Assembly (NCBI GenBank): GCA_965113315.1
Contig: OZ220376.1
DNA: 64,000 nucleotides
DNA from: Podarcis vaucheri
Taxonomy: Eukaryota
Reading direction: 5' to 3' (one strand)
In this document: piece by piece, positions 50,274 to 61,116 of the stretch
Layout of the letters: each line of letters begins with the position of its first letter
How positions within the stretch are numbered: position 1 is the stretch's first letter
Notes under the pieces: generated by a model
The model's database searches: none
What the model saw: only the letters and a program-made list of their open reading frames with translations
Told to the model about the DNA's origin: nothing
Position numbers and translations under genes: made by a program

Positions 50274-51406
50274 TATGGAGCAGAGCTTGTTCCACAAAAG
50301 CAGCAGGTCTCCACCCTTTCTCTGCACCTCCCTCCTAGGAACTGAGTTTGCAACAGGGTGCGAAATGAGCTTAAGCCCTGGCGCTCCTGCCCTTCAGGTT
50401 AACTCCTGCATCCTAGTGCCTCTTCCATTCTTCCACACAGCAACTGCATGCCTAGAGCTCCCAGACACCATTTTGTTTCCAGATTTCCTTGCTGTCTCTC
50501 TTGCTGTGGCTAATCCTGAGCAAGGCAAGTTTCTTTTTTCAACTGGTGTGAGATGGGTTTTTTCCACAGCAGGGAGCTTCTCCGCTGTAAAGGAGATTCA
50601 TGGTAGAAACTGTCTGACTTTGTTTAATGGCTGGTTTTACTGGCCCAGTGTGCGTGTGCTCTCTCTTTTTTTGTCTCTGGGATCTTGATTTGTTTCCCTC
50701 TCAATTCTTCCTTGACCTTCCTCGTTTGCCAGTTTTGTTTGTGGCTGACTTATTTAAAAGGCCAGGCAGGTAATTGTAGGTTTTATTGTGAATAAGGACA
50801 TTTGTTCCTTTCCTCCAGGGATCTCCAAGAGTTTTACAAACACTTAAGTGAATTTAACCTCATGGCATTCTGTGAAGTCAGTGAGAGTAATTACTGTAAG
50901 GCACTTGGATACTGGAAGACTAAGCACCAGGCTTGACCAGGAAGTTATTGGAGGAGGAGCAAGTTTTGGCACTGATAAATGCCCAAGTTAGACAATCTGA
51001 AAAATAATGCAAATGTTCAAATTTCCACTTCCTAATTCCTGTAGTCGCATCTTACTGTGTTTAGCAGCAATTAAGGGAATATGAGGAAAGAGGAAGTCAA
51101 TGTGTACAGGGGAGGAAAGATGTTCACATTGCTGTCAGTCAAAAGGGGAGGAGCATGCAGCTCCTAGGATGGTGGTGATTGGGCAATGGAAGAGTGGCAA
51201 ATCTGTTTCATAGAAAGATTCATATTGCAGAAATGGTGCAAATTTGGAACGGACCTAAAAATACTTTGGTGTCTTTGTACCATCCACAAACATCCATTTG
51301 TCCCACTTCCATCTTCAGCTGTGTTTTGCTTATTGCATCATCACCACCCTTTTGATGATTATATTTCCATGTTCTCCTGAAGGGTTTCTCTGCCTGCACC
51401 AATTTA

Positions 51407-51631
51407 CAGTGTTACATCTGGTACGAACCTAATGCGTTCCGGAGGTCCTTTCTTAAGCTGAAACCATTCTTATCCTGAGGCGTGCTTTCACTATTGGGGT
51501 CTCCTGCTGCATGCGCGCCTCTGGCACACGATCTCCATTTGCATCCTGGGGCAAAGTTCACAACCAGGAGCAGCTACTTCCAGGTTAGCAGAGCTCGTAA
51601 CCAGAAGCATTCGTAACCAGAGGTACCACTG
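51407..51631 (-). mobile_element. Tigger-like MITE related to the 36593/46928 family
   Basis: ta|cagtgttacatctgg...cgtaaccagaggtaccactg|ta; interior similar to copy B. Confidence 0.8.
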
Positions 51632-52492
51632 TATTTGTTGCAGCTGGCTATGGCTATTAAGAAGCAAAGTTTCAACATCTCCCTTCGACCATTGATGAAG
51701 TTCGTGCAATTATTCCAGAGTACAGCGTCAACTTGACTTTTCCCTATGTCATTCTTTGCTTTTGTGTTACTTGTGTGAGGCTGGAGCTCTGCGCCAGTGG
51801 GTGACTTTTGAAAAAGGAGGTTTCAAGGCTTCTGGCCCCTAATCTCAGAGCAGGGAAATGCCTCAAAGAGAGGCATTCTGCACATGTTCAGTTGCACACC
51901 CTTCTTTCTAATTACTCCATGCATCATAAAGCTCACATCAGTGCAGCTGTTGAACAGAGCACAGAATGCAGGATCTGGTAGCTCCTGCAAAGCTCTCAAG
52001 TGCTGTGTTCCTTTCTGTAAAACTAGTGCCTTCCCTCATAGTAACTAACTGAAAAGCGTAACGGTTGCATTCTTAGGCAGTCCATGGGGGCTGCAGGGAG
52101 CTCCCAGGAAAGAGGAGAGGGAACTTCCGCACTCAGCCATATTCCTCAATGGTCTCCATTTTCTGTCCCTGCCACAGCCCATCCCAATAATTGCCAGTCT
52201 GATCATCTTAGTTATGTTGAGGAGAAGATGTAATCTAAATTAATATTGGGAAGCTGTGGAAGCAATCTGGTAATGCCTAAAGCAAAAATACAGGATGGTA
52301 ATAAACACCTAGGAAAGGTATGTGTTTGCCTTCTGCCCTTCGACTGGACTGGAAAACAAGCCCAGCATTTTTTCCCCTGTAATGTTTTTCTCTCCTTTTC
52401 AGATAGGACCTTTACAAAAGAAAGACACTGATTTATAGATTTTTAAAAAAAAAACTTTAAAACAATGTTCTCCATGGAAAAGAAAAACATCA

Positions 52493-52605
52493 GGGGCCAT
52501 AGTTTGGGTGGGGGTAGAATACCAGCCTTGCAATCAGAAGGCCCCTGATTCAGTCCAGAAACCCTCCAGTTAAATCAGATCTTGAGTAGCAATACCTGGA
52601 GATCC
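52493..52605 (+). mobile_element. Squam3-like SINE head (decayed)
   Basis: ggggccatag...ttgcaatcagaaggcccc...ctccagttaaa. Confidence 0.45.
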
Positions 52606-52633
52606 TTGTGTGTTTCGTACATTCATTCAGTGC

Positions 52634-52779
52634 TAGTTGCTGGGAATCACAAGTAGGGAGAGTGCTGCCTTGGTACTCAGGGCCTCCTTTTGGGCATCTG
52701 GTTAGCCACTGTGAGAATAGGACGCTGGACTAGGTGGGTCATTGGCTCAATCCAGCTGCAGAGCTCTTCTTGTGTTCTT
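52634..52779 (+). mobile_element. CR1-type 3' end fragment just upstream of the last exon
   Basis: gggcatctggttagccactgtgagaataggacgctggactag...atccagc...gctcttcttgtgttctta. Confidence 0.65.
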
Positions 52780-52824
52780 AGATGCTTGATTCTGTTGGTT
52801 GAGTCCATCTCTGCTTCTTTTCAG

Positions 52825-52944
52825 GGCCACCTCTTCATTGTCCAGTACAATGACGGGAATGCTGAGGTCGTCTCCATGTGGGTCTGCCGGATGTTAGAGG
52901 AGAGGCGTTCGCAGCAGCAGCAGCAGCAGCAGGGATCTCAGTGA
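52825..52944 (+). CDS. MAP2K5: MAP2K5 terminal coding exon (GHLFIVQYNDGNAEVVSMWVCRMLEERRSQQQQQQQGSQ*)
   Basis: cttcttttcag|GGCCAC...CAGTGA. Matches the MEK5 C-terminus; stop TGA at 52942-52944. Confidence 0.96.
   Translation, partial: GHLFIVQYNDGNAEVVSMWVCRMLEERRSQQQQQQQGSQ
52912..52932 (+). repeat. MAP2K5: (CAG)7 coding repeat (poly-Gln) in the last MAP2K5 exon
   Basis: Seven uninterrupted in-frame CAG codons. Confidence 0.95.
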
Positions 52945-53340
52945 GCCAAAGGGATGCTGAATGTCTAAAGGACAGAGACTCTGGTGTCATCCAAAGCCCA
53001 TGCAGGTTTTTTATGCTTTGGCAGAAGATTTTGATGAAGGCATGGTGACTTTTTTATTCAAGAAATACCTTCCCCTCTCCTCCCCCATTACCATCACACT
53101 GTTTCCTGAAACATTAAGAAAATATTATATATTTTATTAAACTTACTGTATATTTCTTGGCTTCAGAGTATTTTATACATCTTTTACTAGCTTAAAAGCA
53201 GTCCATGGGTGGGGTGGATGAATTGATGGGCATGAATTTAACTGTCCTGTGGACTCAATCGTATCTCCTTTAGTCTTTTTATTTTTAACACCAAAAATGA
53301 GTTGAAATGGACCAGGCAGGGGAAATAATTATGTTGGAAG

Positions 53341-53346
53341 AATAAA
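53341..53346 (+). terminator. Candidate polyadenylation signal for MAP2K5
   Basis: AATAAA about 400 nt after the stop, followed by GT-rich sequence (gatgtgtgct). An alternative ATTAAA lies at 53136-53141. Confidence 0.5.
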
Positions 53347-53937
53347 ATGTCTAACCAATATCAGTCACAGGATGTGTGCTAAATTTGTACTCATTAGAGA
53401 AGTGTGTGCTGTTCATCAAAGCAACTCCAAGAGCAGCTCTCAATACAGGGAAATGAGGACATTGTGCAATGTGTCCTCTTTAGTGGGATAATATAATGGA
53501 GGTTGGGATTTACTTGGCTTTACCAGTAGGAACACAACCAAAGGTCTCCATTCCCACATTGTCCATCCTGGTGCATGTGGATATATGAATTCATTCACCC
53601 ATGACGCAAGGTGAGGCAAATGCCTTGGGTGGCAGGATCCATAACGGCAGCAGATCATACCTCTAAGGAATGTAGCTGCAGTGGCAGCATCGCCTGTGGC
53701 ACGCTCATTGGATCTACCACCTCCTCAGCAGCGCCCCCCCCCAACTCTCTCAGTGGCTTCTTTGTGAACAGGAAGCATTGCTGGTCTCCTCCCACCCCTA
53801 GGGAGGAAATGGGAACATCCCTCTGGTGTCTCCTAGACTCTGCACTCACCAGCATGATTCAGAGCGGGTCCCTTTTGCTCCCATGATGGCCTTCGATTCC
53901 CCTTTTCAACCATCAGGGAAGGTTGATTTGATTCCCT

Positions 53938-54025
53938 CCCTTGTTCCCAACATAGATCTTCACTCCCCCTTGTTCCTGATGTAGAACTTTGTTACCCCAT
54001 TGCTCCTGATGTAGATCTTCACTGG
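53938..54025. repeat. Degenerate 29-30 bp minisatellite, 3 units
   Basis: cccttgttcccaacatagatcttcact / cccttgttcctgatgtagaactttgtt / ccattgctcctgatgtagatcttcact. Confidence 0.8.
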
Positions 54026-57000
54026 CCCAGGGTGTGGGGGGAGGTGCCCACCATTTTTTGGTTCTTCTCAATTGCCAAAATGTCTTGGGCCGACTTTTCC
54101 ACTTTTGTTGCCCAGATTTGTTTTCTAATTTTGAGGCTGTTTTAGTAGACCAGTGTTTAATTTAAAATGTATTTTTAAAGTCTTATAATTTGTTTATTTA
54201 TCAGGGTTGTGTTGTTGTTTTTTGGAAATTCTTCAGGAGATTTCTCAAAAGTCCAGTGACTTGGAAGACTGTATGATGGCCAACAAAAGTGTTTACACTG
54301 AGGTGGCTATTTCTGATGCACTGTCACTTAAAAACCTGAAGAGGATCATAAAAAAAAGCTTGGGAGTACACCAGTCTCTTGTAGTGAGGAATTTCTGCTG
54401 AACAATTACAAATCCTAACCATTACTTCAGAGGTAGACTGGAAAATACTTTGCTTCCTTCCTTGGAGGGATCATCAATCTTCAGGTGAAGGATAGAGATT
54501 GCAGGCATGAACTTATAGACTAAAGTTTGTCTTAATTGCTCCAATGTCACAACCTCTCTGGCAGATAACAGTACAATGAATGACTCGATGTGACCGGTAG
54601 CTGCAGGTGCTTTTTGCTAAAAGTGAGACAAATTTCTTTCCTTTGAGCCAACTGAGCTGAGGCAGTTCTTTCATTTATTTATTTCCTAGCATATTTTTTT
54701 GCATATACCTCCCCTGTATAAAAGGTGTTTGTGTTAAAATTAAAATTTTGCCTTCATTTACACAAATATATATGAGAAAGATCTTTATCTTTAGCCCAAA
54801 GGGTCATGCCGTTTTGACCCACTGGTTTCCATTTATCAGTCCATACATCAGAGACTGATAAAGAATGCAAATAGATGGTCTAGGCTTGTTGCAAGTGATG
54901 AAGAGTGTGGGTTCTAAATGTCTCAATTAGCAATTCTAGAGACAAGGTGGTGGCGTGGTTAAAAATGAGCTTTTGGACTTGACCATAATTCATAGTAATT
55001 AATTAGCCATTTGCTCAACCATCCCTTCATCTAGCTTGTGTTAACCCTTTTTATAAATGTGTAAAATCTACCTGCATGTACACAGAACAATTACATCTAT
55101 GGACACACAATTACTGAGGATCACATGGATCTGTTTGACCTACATTTATGTCATGCCAATTTTGTTTGTGAATTGGCCCTCTATTAACACCCACATAACC
55201 ACCCGCAAAAAAAAGGACTACAGAATAAGGGCCACATCATACATCTCCATTGGCAGAATAGTGTAGAGATAACAATGAATGGAATGGACATGAATCTCAA
55301 CTCATTTATTACACCCAGCTCTTTCCCCAAAGAGCTCGGAGCACCTTGCTTAGGATTCCCAGGCAATCTCTCATCCAGACAGCTTATGAAACCAGCAGAC
55401 TTCTTTCATTTAGCTTTCAGTAGTGCAACTGTTACATGTGCCTTTGGACCATTCTCTGGCCCCTCCTTGGGTAATGTGGAAGTGAGTGGAAGTATGGTGA
55501 GCTGTGTCAACAGCCTCTGCACATAGAACCATTCTCCCTTGTACCCCAGAAGTGCTATATGTACACTGTCAAATTTGGTTTCCTGTTTCTCCATGTATCA
55601 CATGAGCTACTTAAGGTCACTAAAGCTAAATGCTTCAAGACTCCTATTTAACTTTGTTCTGCTATTAAATCTACTCAAAGAAAAGGACAACAAAGTAGAG
55701 GAAATTAGCTTTCGGTGGCCTTGTGTTGTCATGAAGATGCTGAAATGCTTGGATGTTTCAGGATAAAACACACAATCTGATGAAACAGAACTTGAGCTCA
55801 GCTAGGATTGAACTGTCTATACCTGAGGTAGTACCTGCCCTCAGATATCTTCCTAATTCTTTGCACATTCCTGGTGGAGGCAGAAAGAAACTTGGCACTT
55901 TGGGAGACACGTGTGTCAAGGCTTTATACGGTGAGCCACCACTAAGAGATCATTTCCCAGCAGTTTCCATGTAGTTGGTGTAGTGTGTAAACAAGCCATA
56001 ATTCTCAAGTGCTTCACATGAAAGATGAAAATGTTTAATAGTTGCTGGGGAATGGAAGAAGGAGACCCCCAAATATTTGTTTTAAATGAGTATTCCATTA
56101 TGTGTCTGTACCTGCAAGGGGTGAGTTGAAATTTGACAATACATCAAGTGCAATTATTGGTGGGAGATCTTTCCAACCTTCACTGGGCCTTGGTTTCAGC
56201 TGTCTTCAACAGTGGCCAAATCACAATTCCTGAAAAGCTCAGAGTGCTCCATTATCTGTGTTTTTCTTCCATAGTACACATAGACAAAAACAATCCCTCC
56301 CATCCTTCTTAGATATCCCATTGGCTTTTAAGGACGCCTGTCACAAAAGGGATCAGACATCTCTATTCATTTGTTCACTTGGGGTCGTTCCTCAGGAGTA
56401 CCCAAAACTCTTGACTAATATGGGATCCACAAGTAACCACAACAAATGCTCTTCAGTTATACTTTCTCCTTTTTGGTCATTTCCTAATATATCCAAGAGC
56501 AGTCCTTTGTACCATGCTGTGAATTTACTCTCCACTGAAACCTTTTTCCAACCCACAACAAAACCTGGAATGGCATCCCCTGTTAAGTATCAATAAATTT
56601 CAGCAGATCAAAATGGCTGATAATGTGGGTTTTTAATTTTGAGCAAAAGTAGTTTGCTCAACCGTTCTTGTTACATATGTACGTATGATGAGGTTTTCTA
56701 CCACATCATGTATTGCTTTATCAGTCCTGCACCCATCTTAGATCAATGGCCCAAATAGCTGTTGCCTTCAACTCTTTTGCATTCCAAGAGGAAGCTGACA
56801 GGAGATGAAGGCATTTTCTACTGTGCCCAGATCTGGTACTGAGTATCACTAATGTGGACTAGAACCCACACTTCTCACTAAATTGTGCAGGGGGAAGGGA
56901 ATTAATGCACCCTTCTGTTTCTTTCTAATCTTGGAAAGGCAATCTCATATGCAGCTTGCACAGAAGTGGGATGTTAGTGGCTCATAAGTAAAGCACATTT

Positions 57001-57097
57001 TGGATTGGAGTCACCAGGGGAATTTTTATCCACAATCCAAATTAGTTGAAGTGTGGCTGTTTCTAAAAATGTACTCCCAAGAAAGACATTCTGGGAT

Positions 57098-57143
<46 letters not shown>
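57098..57143. repeat. (GATA)n microsatellite
   Basis: Read directly. Confidence 0.95.
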
Positions 57144-57425
57144 GGATGGATATGCTCTGTCTTCCCTGAAGACCCAAATGTCTGCAATTTGGCCTTGTTG
57201 TTTTTCAGAGCAGGGTGCCGGCAAAGTGTCATTCTTCCTTTCCTCAACAGTACTTTGAAAAAGCTCTCTTGATGTGCAGATTTATTGGCAGAGAAAACAA
57301 TTCATGGAACAGATCAAACTGTTTTTTATTTTAAAAACCACCAGAAAATGGTGTAACTTTCAGGTTTGCTGTAAGGATTGCTGAAATAAAATATAAATAT
57401 TGTTTATTGTAAATATTGGAGGATA

Positions 57426-57638
57426 ATGGACTCTCCTTCATCTGAGGTTTTTAAACAGAGGTTAGATGGCCAACTGTCAGGGGTTTGCTTGCTTGCTTGC
57501 TTGCTTCATAAAATTTATACACTGCTTGGTTGTAAAAACCCTCAAAGTGGTTATTCTTTAGTTGTGGTTCCAGCTTTTCAGGGAGTTGGAATAGAGGACC
57601 CTTTGGGTCCTTACCAACTCTGAAATTCTATGATTCTG
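57426..57638 (+). mobile_element. CR1 LINE 3' fragment with internal (GCTT)n-containing insertion
   Basis: Translates DSPSSEVFKQRLDGQLSG, a typical CR1 ORF2 end; tail attctatgattct. Confidence 0.8.
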
Positions 57639-58197
57639 TGAGTGTTCAAAGTGCTATATAAATTGTATGTAGATCAATATTACTTCTGTTGTTACCTGAT
57701 CCAAGGGGTTGGGGGTTGGGGAGGGAAACAAATTCCAGGATTGTCACTTGGCCAGTCCAGCTCCAGATTAGGTTCTGAGCCTGCTGCCCTTGTGGCAATG
57801 CACTTTCGTCTAACTTTCTGATGGGGAAACTTCTACAATAATTGTGGTTTAGGTTGATTTGTTTTTTCCTTTTATCAGCAGAGTTGTCCAGGATCCTGGT
57901 GTCATTTTTATAGGAGTGGGACTCTGGCTGTACAATTGCTGAAGATTTGTACTGACTGGGGACTTTACCTTCACTAAAGGGTAGGCCCATAAACTACAAG
58001 TGCAGGCTAAAGACAGGATTTATGGACTGAGCCTTCCTGCCTATTGCAGAACAAACCTGTGCAGCTCATCCCTGTTTTTTTCACTGGCGCAGCTGCTCTG
58101 AGCTGGAATCCTGGAAAGAAAGTTCAAGGTTTATAAGTGACTGGTCAGCCCAAGAGATTTTTAATGGAAAATGAATGTCTAGGCTAGGGTTTTTAAA

Positions 58198-58199
<2 letters not shown>

Positions 58200-58233
<34 letters not shown>
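58200..58233. repeat. (GT)n microsatellite
   Basis: Read directly. Confidence 0.95.
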
Positions 58234-58234
<1 letters not shown>

Positions 58235-59149
58235 GGGGGGGTGTTCCTCAACAGCTGATCCACCACACATTCTGGCCAAGAGAGAAATGCATAGCCAACA
58301 GATGAGATGACTCTAAAGACAGGTGAGTGGAAGGCTGCCTCTGTTTTTTGCCTGCGTGTACGTGTTTGGTTGTGTGAACCAACGATCCAGCAAGCGATTC
58401 CCGCAGCTGGATGCTGTGCTGGAAAAGCTTTCACCCCCCCCCCGCCTCTTTTTCATCCACTTCTCCAAGGCTTTTTCTTTTCCCAAGGGCCTGATCACTC
58501 AAGCACCTCCGTCTCTCCCAGCGTGTGGAAAGTGGGAGGGAGCGGGGTTGCGGGGAGAGAAGGAGGGCCAACTAAAGCGTTAATTGTGCCTTTTTAGCTC
58601 ATGTTCGGCCGGCAGCAGGAGAAGGCGCTGCTTAAACCTAATCAATAAAGTCTTGTCTATTGATCGTGTAAATTTCATTTGGCAACCGTCACTTACCAGT
58701 CTCTCCCACTGAGCCGCGAGAGAGGCAAGGGCAGACTCGTCCCCCGCCCCGCAGTAAGCTGCTTTGGGGGACGGGCCCTGAGTCTTTGGCGCGGCTTTCA
58801 TGTGTGAATTTGAAGAAAGGGATGCTGTGCCCAAGTGGAAATGCAGAAACCCGCTCTTTCTAAGCCAGGGCCTTTGCAATATGTTCTCTGGCCCGCGATG
58901 ACCTTGGGTGGGTGGGGGATACGTCTAAGTGCTGTTGGATGAGTGGGCGTGCCTGGACTTGCACTTGCCCCATTCCTAAACGGCCTTGACTGGAACCAGG
59001 CGACACTACCTGCGGATTGGGACCATGTCTCTGGGCCCTCCGCCCTGAGCGCCATACTGGAGAAACACCAAGGGCTGTGCTGAGTAGGAGTGGATGCAAA
59101 TACCGCAATGAATGGATCTTGGCGCGGCAACTGGCCGTCGGATTCCCGC

Positions 59150-59170
59150 GTCTCTCTCCAGGGTCCTGAA
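59150..59170 (-). promoter_or_regulatory. RE1/NRSE-like site (degenerate)
   Basis: Minus strand TTCAGGACCCTGGAGAGAGAC vs consensus TTCAGCACCNNGGACAGCGCC. Confidence 0.5.
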
Positions 59171-59201
59171 GGCTCCCTAACCCGCCCGCGTCTGCCTCCG
59201 C

Positions 59202-59222
59202 GTCGCTCTCCGAGGTGCTGAA
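59202..59222 (-). promoter_or_regulatory. RE1/NRSE (REST binding site)
   Basis: Minus strand TTCAGCACCTCGGAGAGCGAC: perfect left half, GGAGAG right-half variant. Confidence 0.8.
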
Positions 59223-60814
59223 GGTCCCTTGACCTGAGGAGCCAACTACCAAGGCAGAGGGTGCAGGTTCCTTCAGTCTTTTACCTACTCCTGGCGGTGG
59301 GGAGAGGCTCTCTTTCTCCTCCCGCCTGCCCCGGGGGTCGCCTCTCTCTGTTGGCGGCGCCTCTGACCTCTGCCCGCCCCGTCCAGGTTGATTACTCCAT
59401 CAGGCCCGTCCGGGTGTGCCAAGGCTGTAAAGAGCCATTACCCGGATTCTTTTATCAATGTCCAGTAATTAAAATGTCACCGTTTAATTTTCAGGCCTTC
59501 TCGGAGCAATCTTTTCCTAATAAAGAGTCTAATCGAAAGGCTATTCGCCACCCTCCCACCCGAAAATGGCACCGGCAGGCGGGCTGCTGCGGCGGAGCGA
59601 GGCCCCCGCGCGGATCGATAGCGAGAGGGCTGGGATTGATCTGCCGCTAAAATGAAATTTATTGGGGTCATGGTTTTATATGGTGCTGATACAACTGTTA
59701 AATGGGGGACATTCGTTTCCAATAGGAGGCGTTTATTAAACTTCCACTGAATTAGACCGCGGTGATTTATGGGGCAATCTCCCGCCTGCGAGCCCCTCCA
59801 GGAACGAGAGCGGGGAAGGAAGGGCCTTGGCGGCCTCCTCTTAGAGAGATATTTATAAAGAGATGACACGGGCCTCTGAGTTTTAAGCCGGAGTGGCGAG
59901 GAAAGGACTTTCGAGGGACGTGACAAGGAGGCAAAGGATCGGGAGGCAGACGGAGGGTGGGTGGGGGAACCTAAAAGGGTGAGCCACCCAAGCCCACCAG
60001 CGCCACGTGTGACGGTCTCACCCCCGCCAGAGTTCCCTACTCAGTTCAGGAATTTCCAACAGACTGGACAGAAAGTCTGGAGTAACATGGGTCTGCACGA
60101 CTGCAAGCCTACCCAGGTTTTCTGCTAGCCGCCCTGAGCACGGTTGGGTGGAAAGGCGGGGTGCAAAAATAAGGAGTAAAATAAAAGCAGGAAACAGGGA
60201 GTAAGTCCCATTGAGGGCGCTGGGACTCCGAATCGACACTGATCTGCTTGTGCGCCCATTACCCAGCCGAAATATTCCAAGACCAGCTCACGGGGCCAAC
60301 TTTCCTGCCGACTGTCTTTTGTCACGAGACTTTAGGTCATCGGAATCAAAAGCATCTTACAAGGGTGGGCCTTCCCTCGCCGCTTCACTGGTACCTTGTT
60401 TTGGCTGAAATACACGGATTAACAGCAGAGCGGAAGAGGAGGTGCTGGATTAACGCACGAACGGTCGAAGGGGTTGCTGTGAGGTCTCCCTTTTAAAACA
60501 AAACTTTGGAAACTCCCACTCCAAGCCTTCCCGAGAATTTTTCCCCCCAAGTAACACTTGCACCTTTGATTTGACTTGATCACAGCAGAGGTTGTGACAA
60601 GCCATTCCCCCTTTCCTCACTAGCGACTGGCATGATAACACTTTCCCCCGTTCCTCCAGCTGTCCCATTTTAAAGAAGAACCCCCATCGCCACCCATTCT
60701 CCTCCTGCGCAAACAGCTTTCTCATTCCCCCTTGGGGGCAGGAAGAGGAGAGGAGTATAAAGCGAGGAACAAGGGGTGGGGTTCTGTTTGGCAATCCAAG
60801 TGGGCCGGGCGGGG

Positions 60815-60955
60815 GGAGCGTCTGCTTTGCATGCAGAAGGACCCAGGTACAATCCTGGCATCTCTAGGTAGAGCAGGAAGAGATTCCTTGCCTGAAACTC
60901 TGGAGAGCCACAGAATACGGAGCTTAGACTCAATATAAACCCATTTCCTGTGTTC
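60815..60955 (+). mobile_element. Squam3-like SINE
   Basis: gagcgtctgctttgcatgcagaaggacccaggtacaatcctggcatctctaggtag...cctgaaactctggagagcc. Confidence 0.8.
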
Positions 60956-61053
60956 GATATATGGGATGCGGAAGGAAATCGGTCATTCAAGTACACGCTG
61001 CGATTTTACTCTGTGAACCGCCCTGAGACCTGCGGGTATATAGGGTGGAAGAA

Positions 61054-61116
61054 AAGAAGAAGAAGAAGAAGAAGAAGAAGAAGAAGAAGAAGAAGAAGAA
61101 GAAGAAGAAGAAGAAG
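61054..61116. repeat. (AAG)21 trinucleotide repeat
   Basis: Read directly, uninterrupted. Confidence 0.95.

Larger units (their letters stand above)
58500..60500. promoter_or_regulatory. CpG-rich regulatory region downstream of MAP2K5 (putative SKOR1 upstream control region)
   Basis: Visible rise in CpG/GC density with no TE hallmarks; SKOR1 lies immediately downstream of MAP2K5 in other amniotes. Confidence 0.65.
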
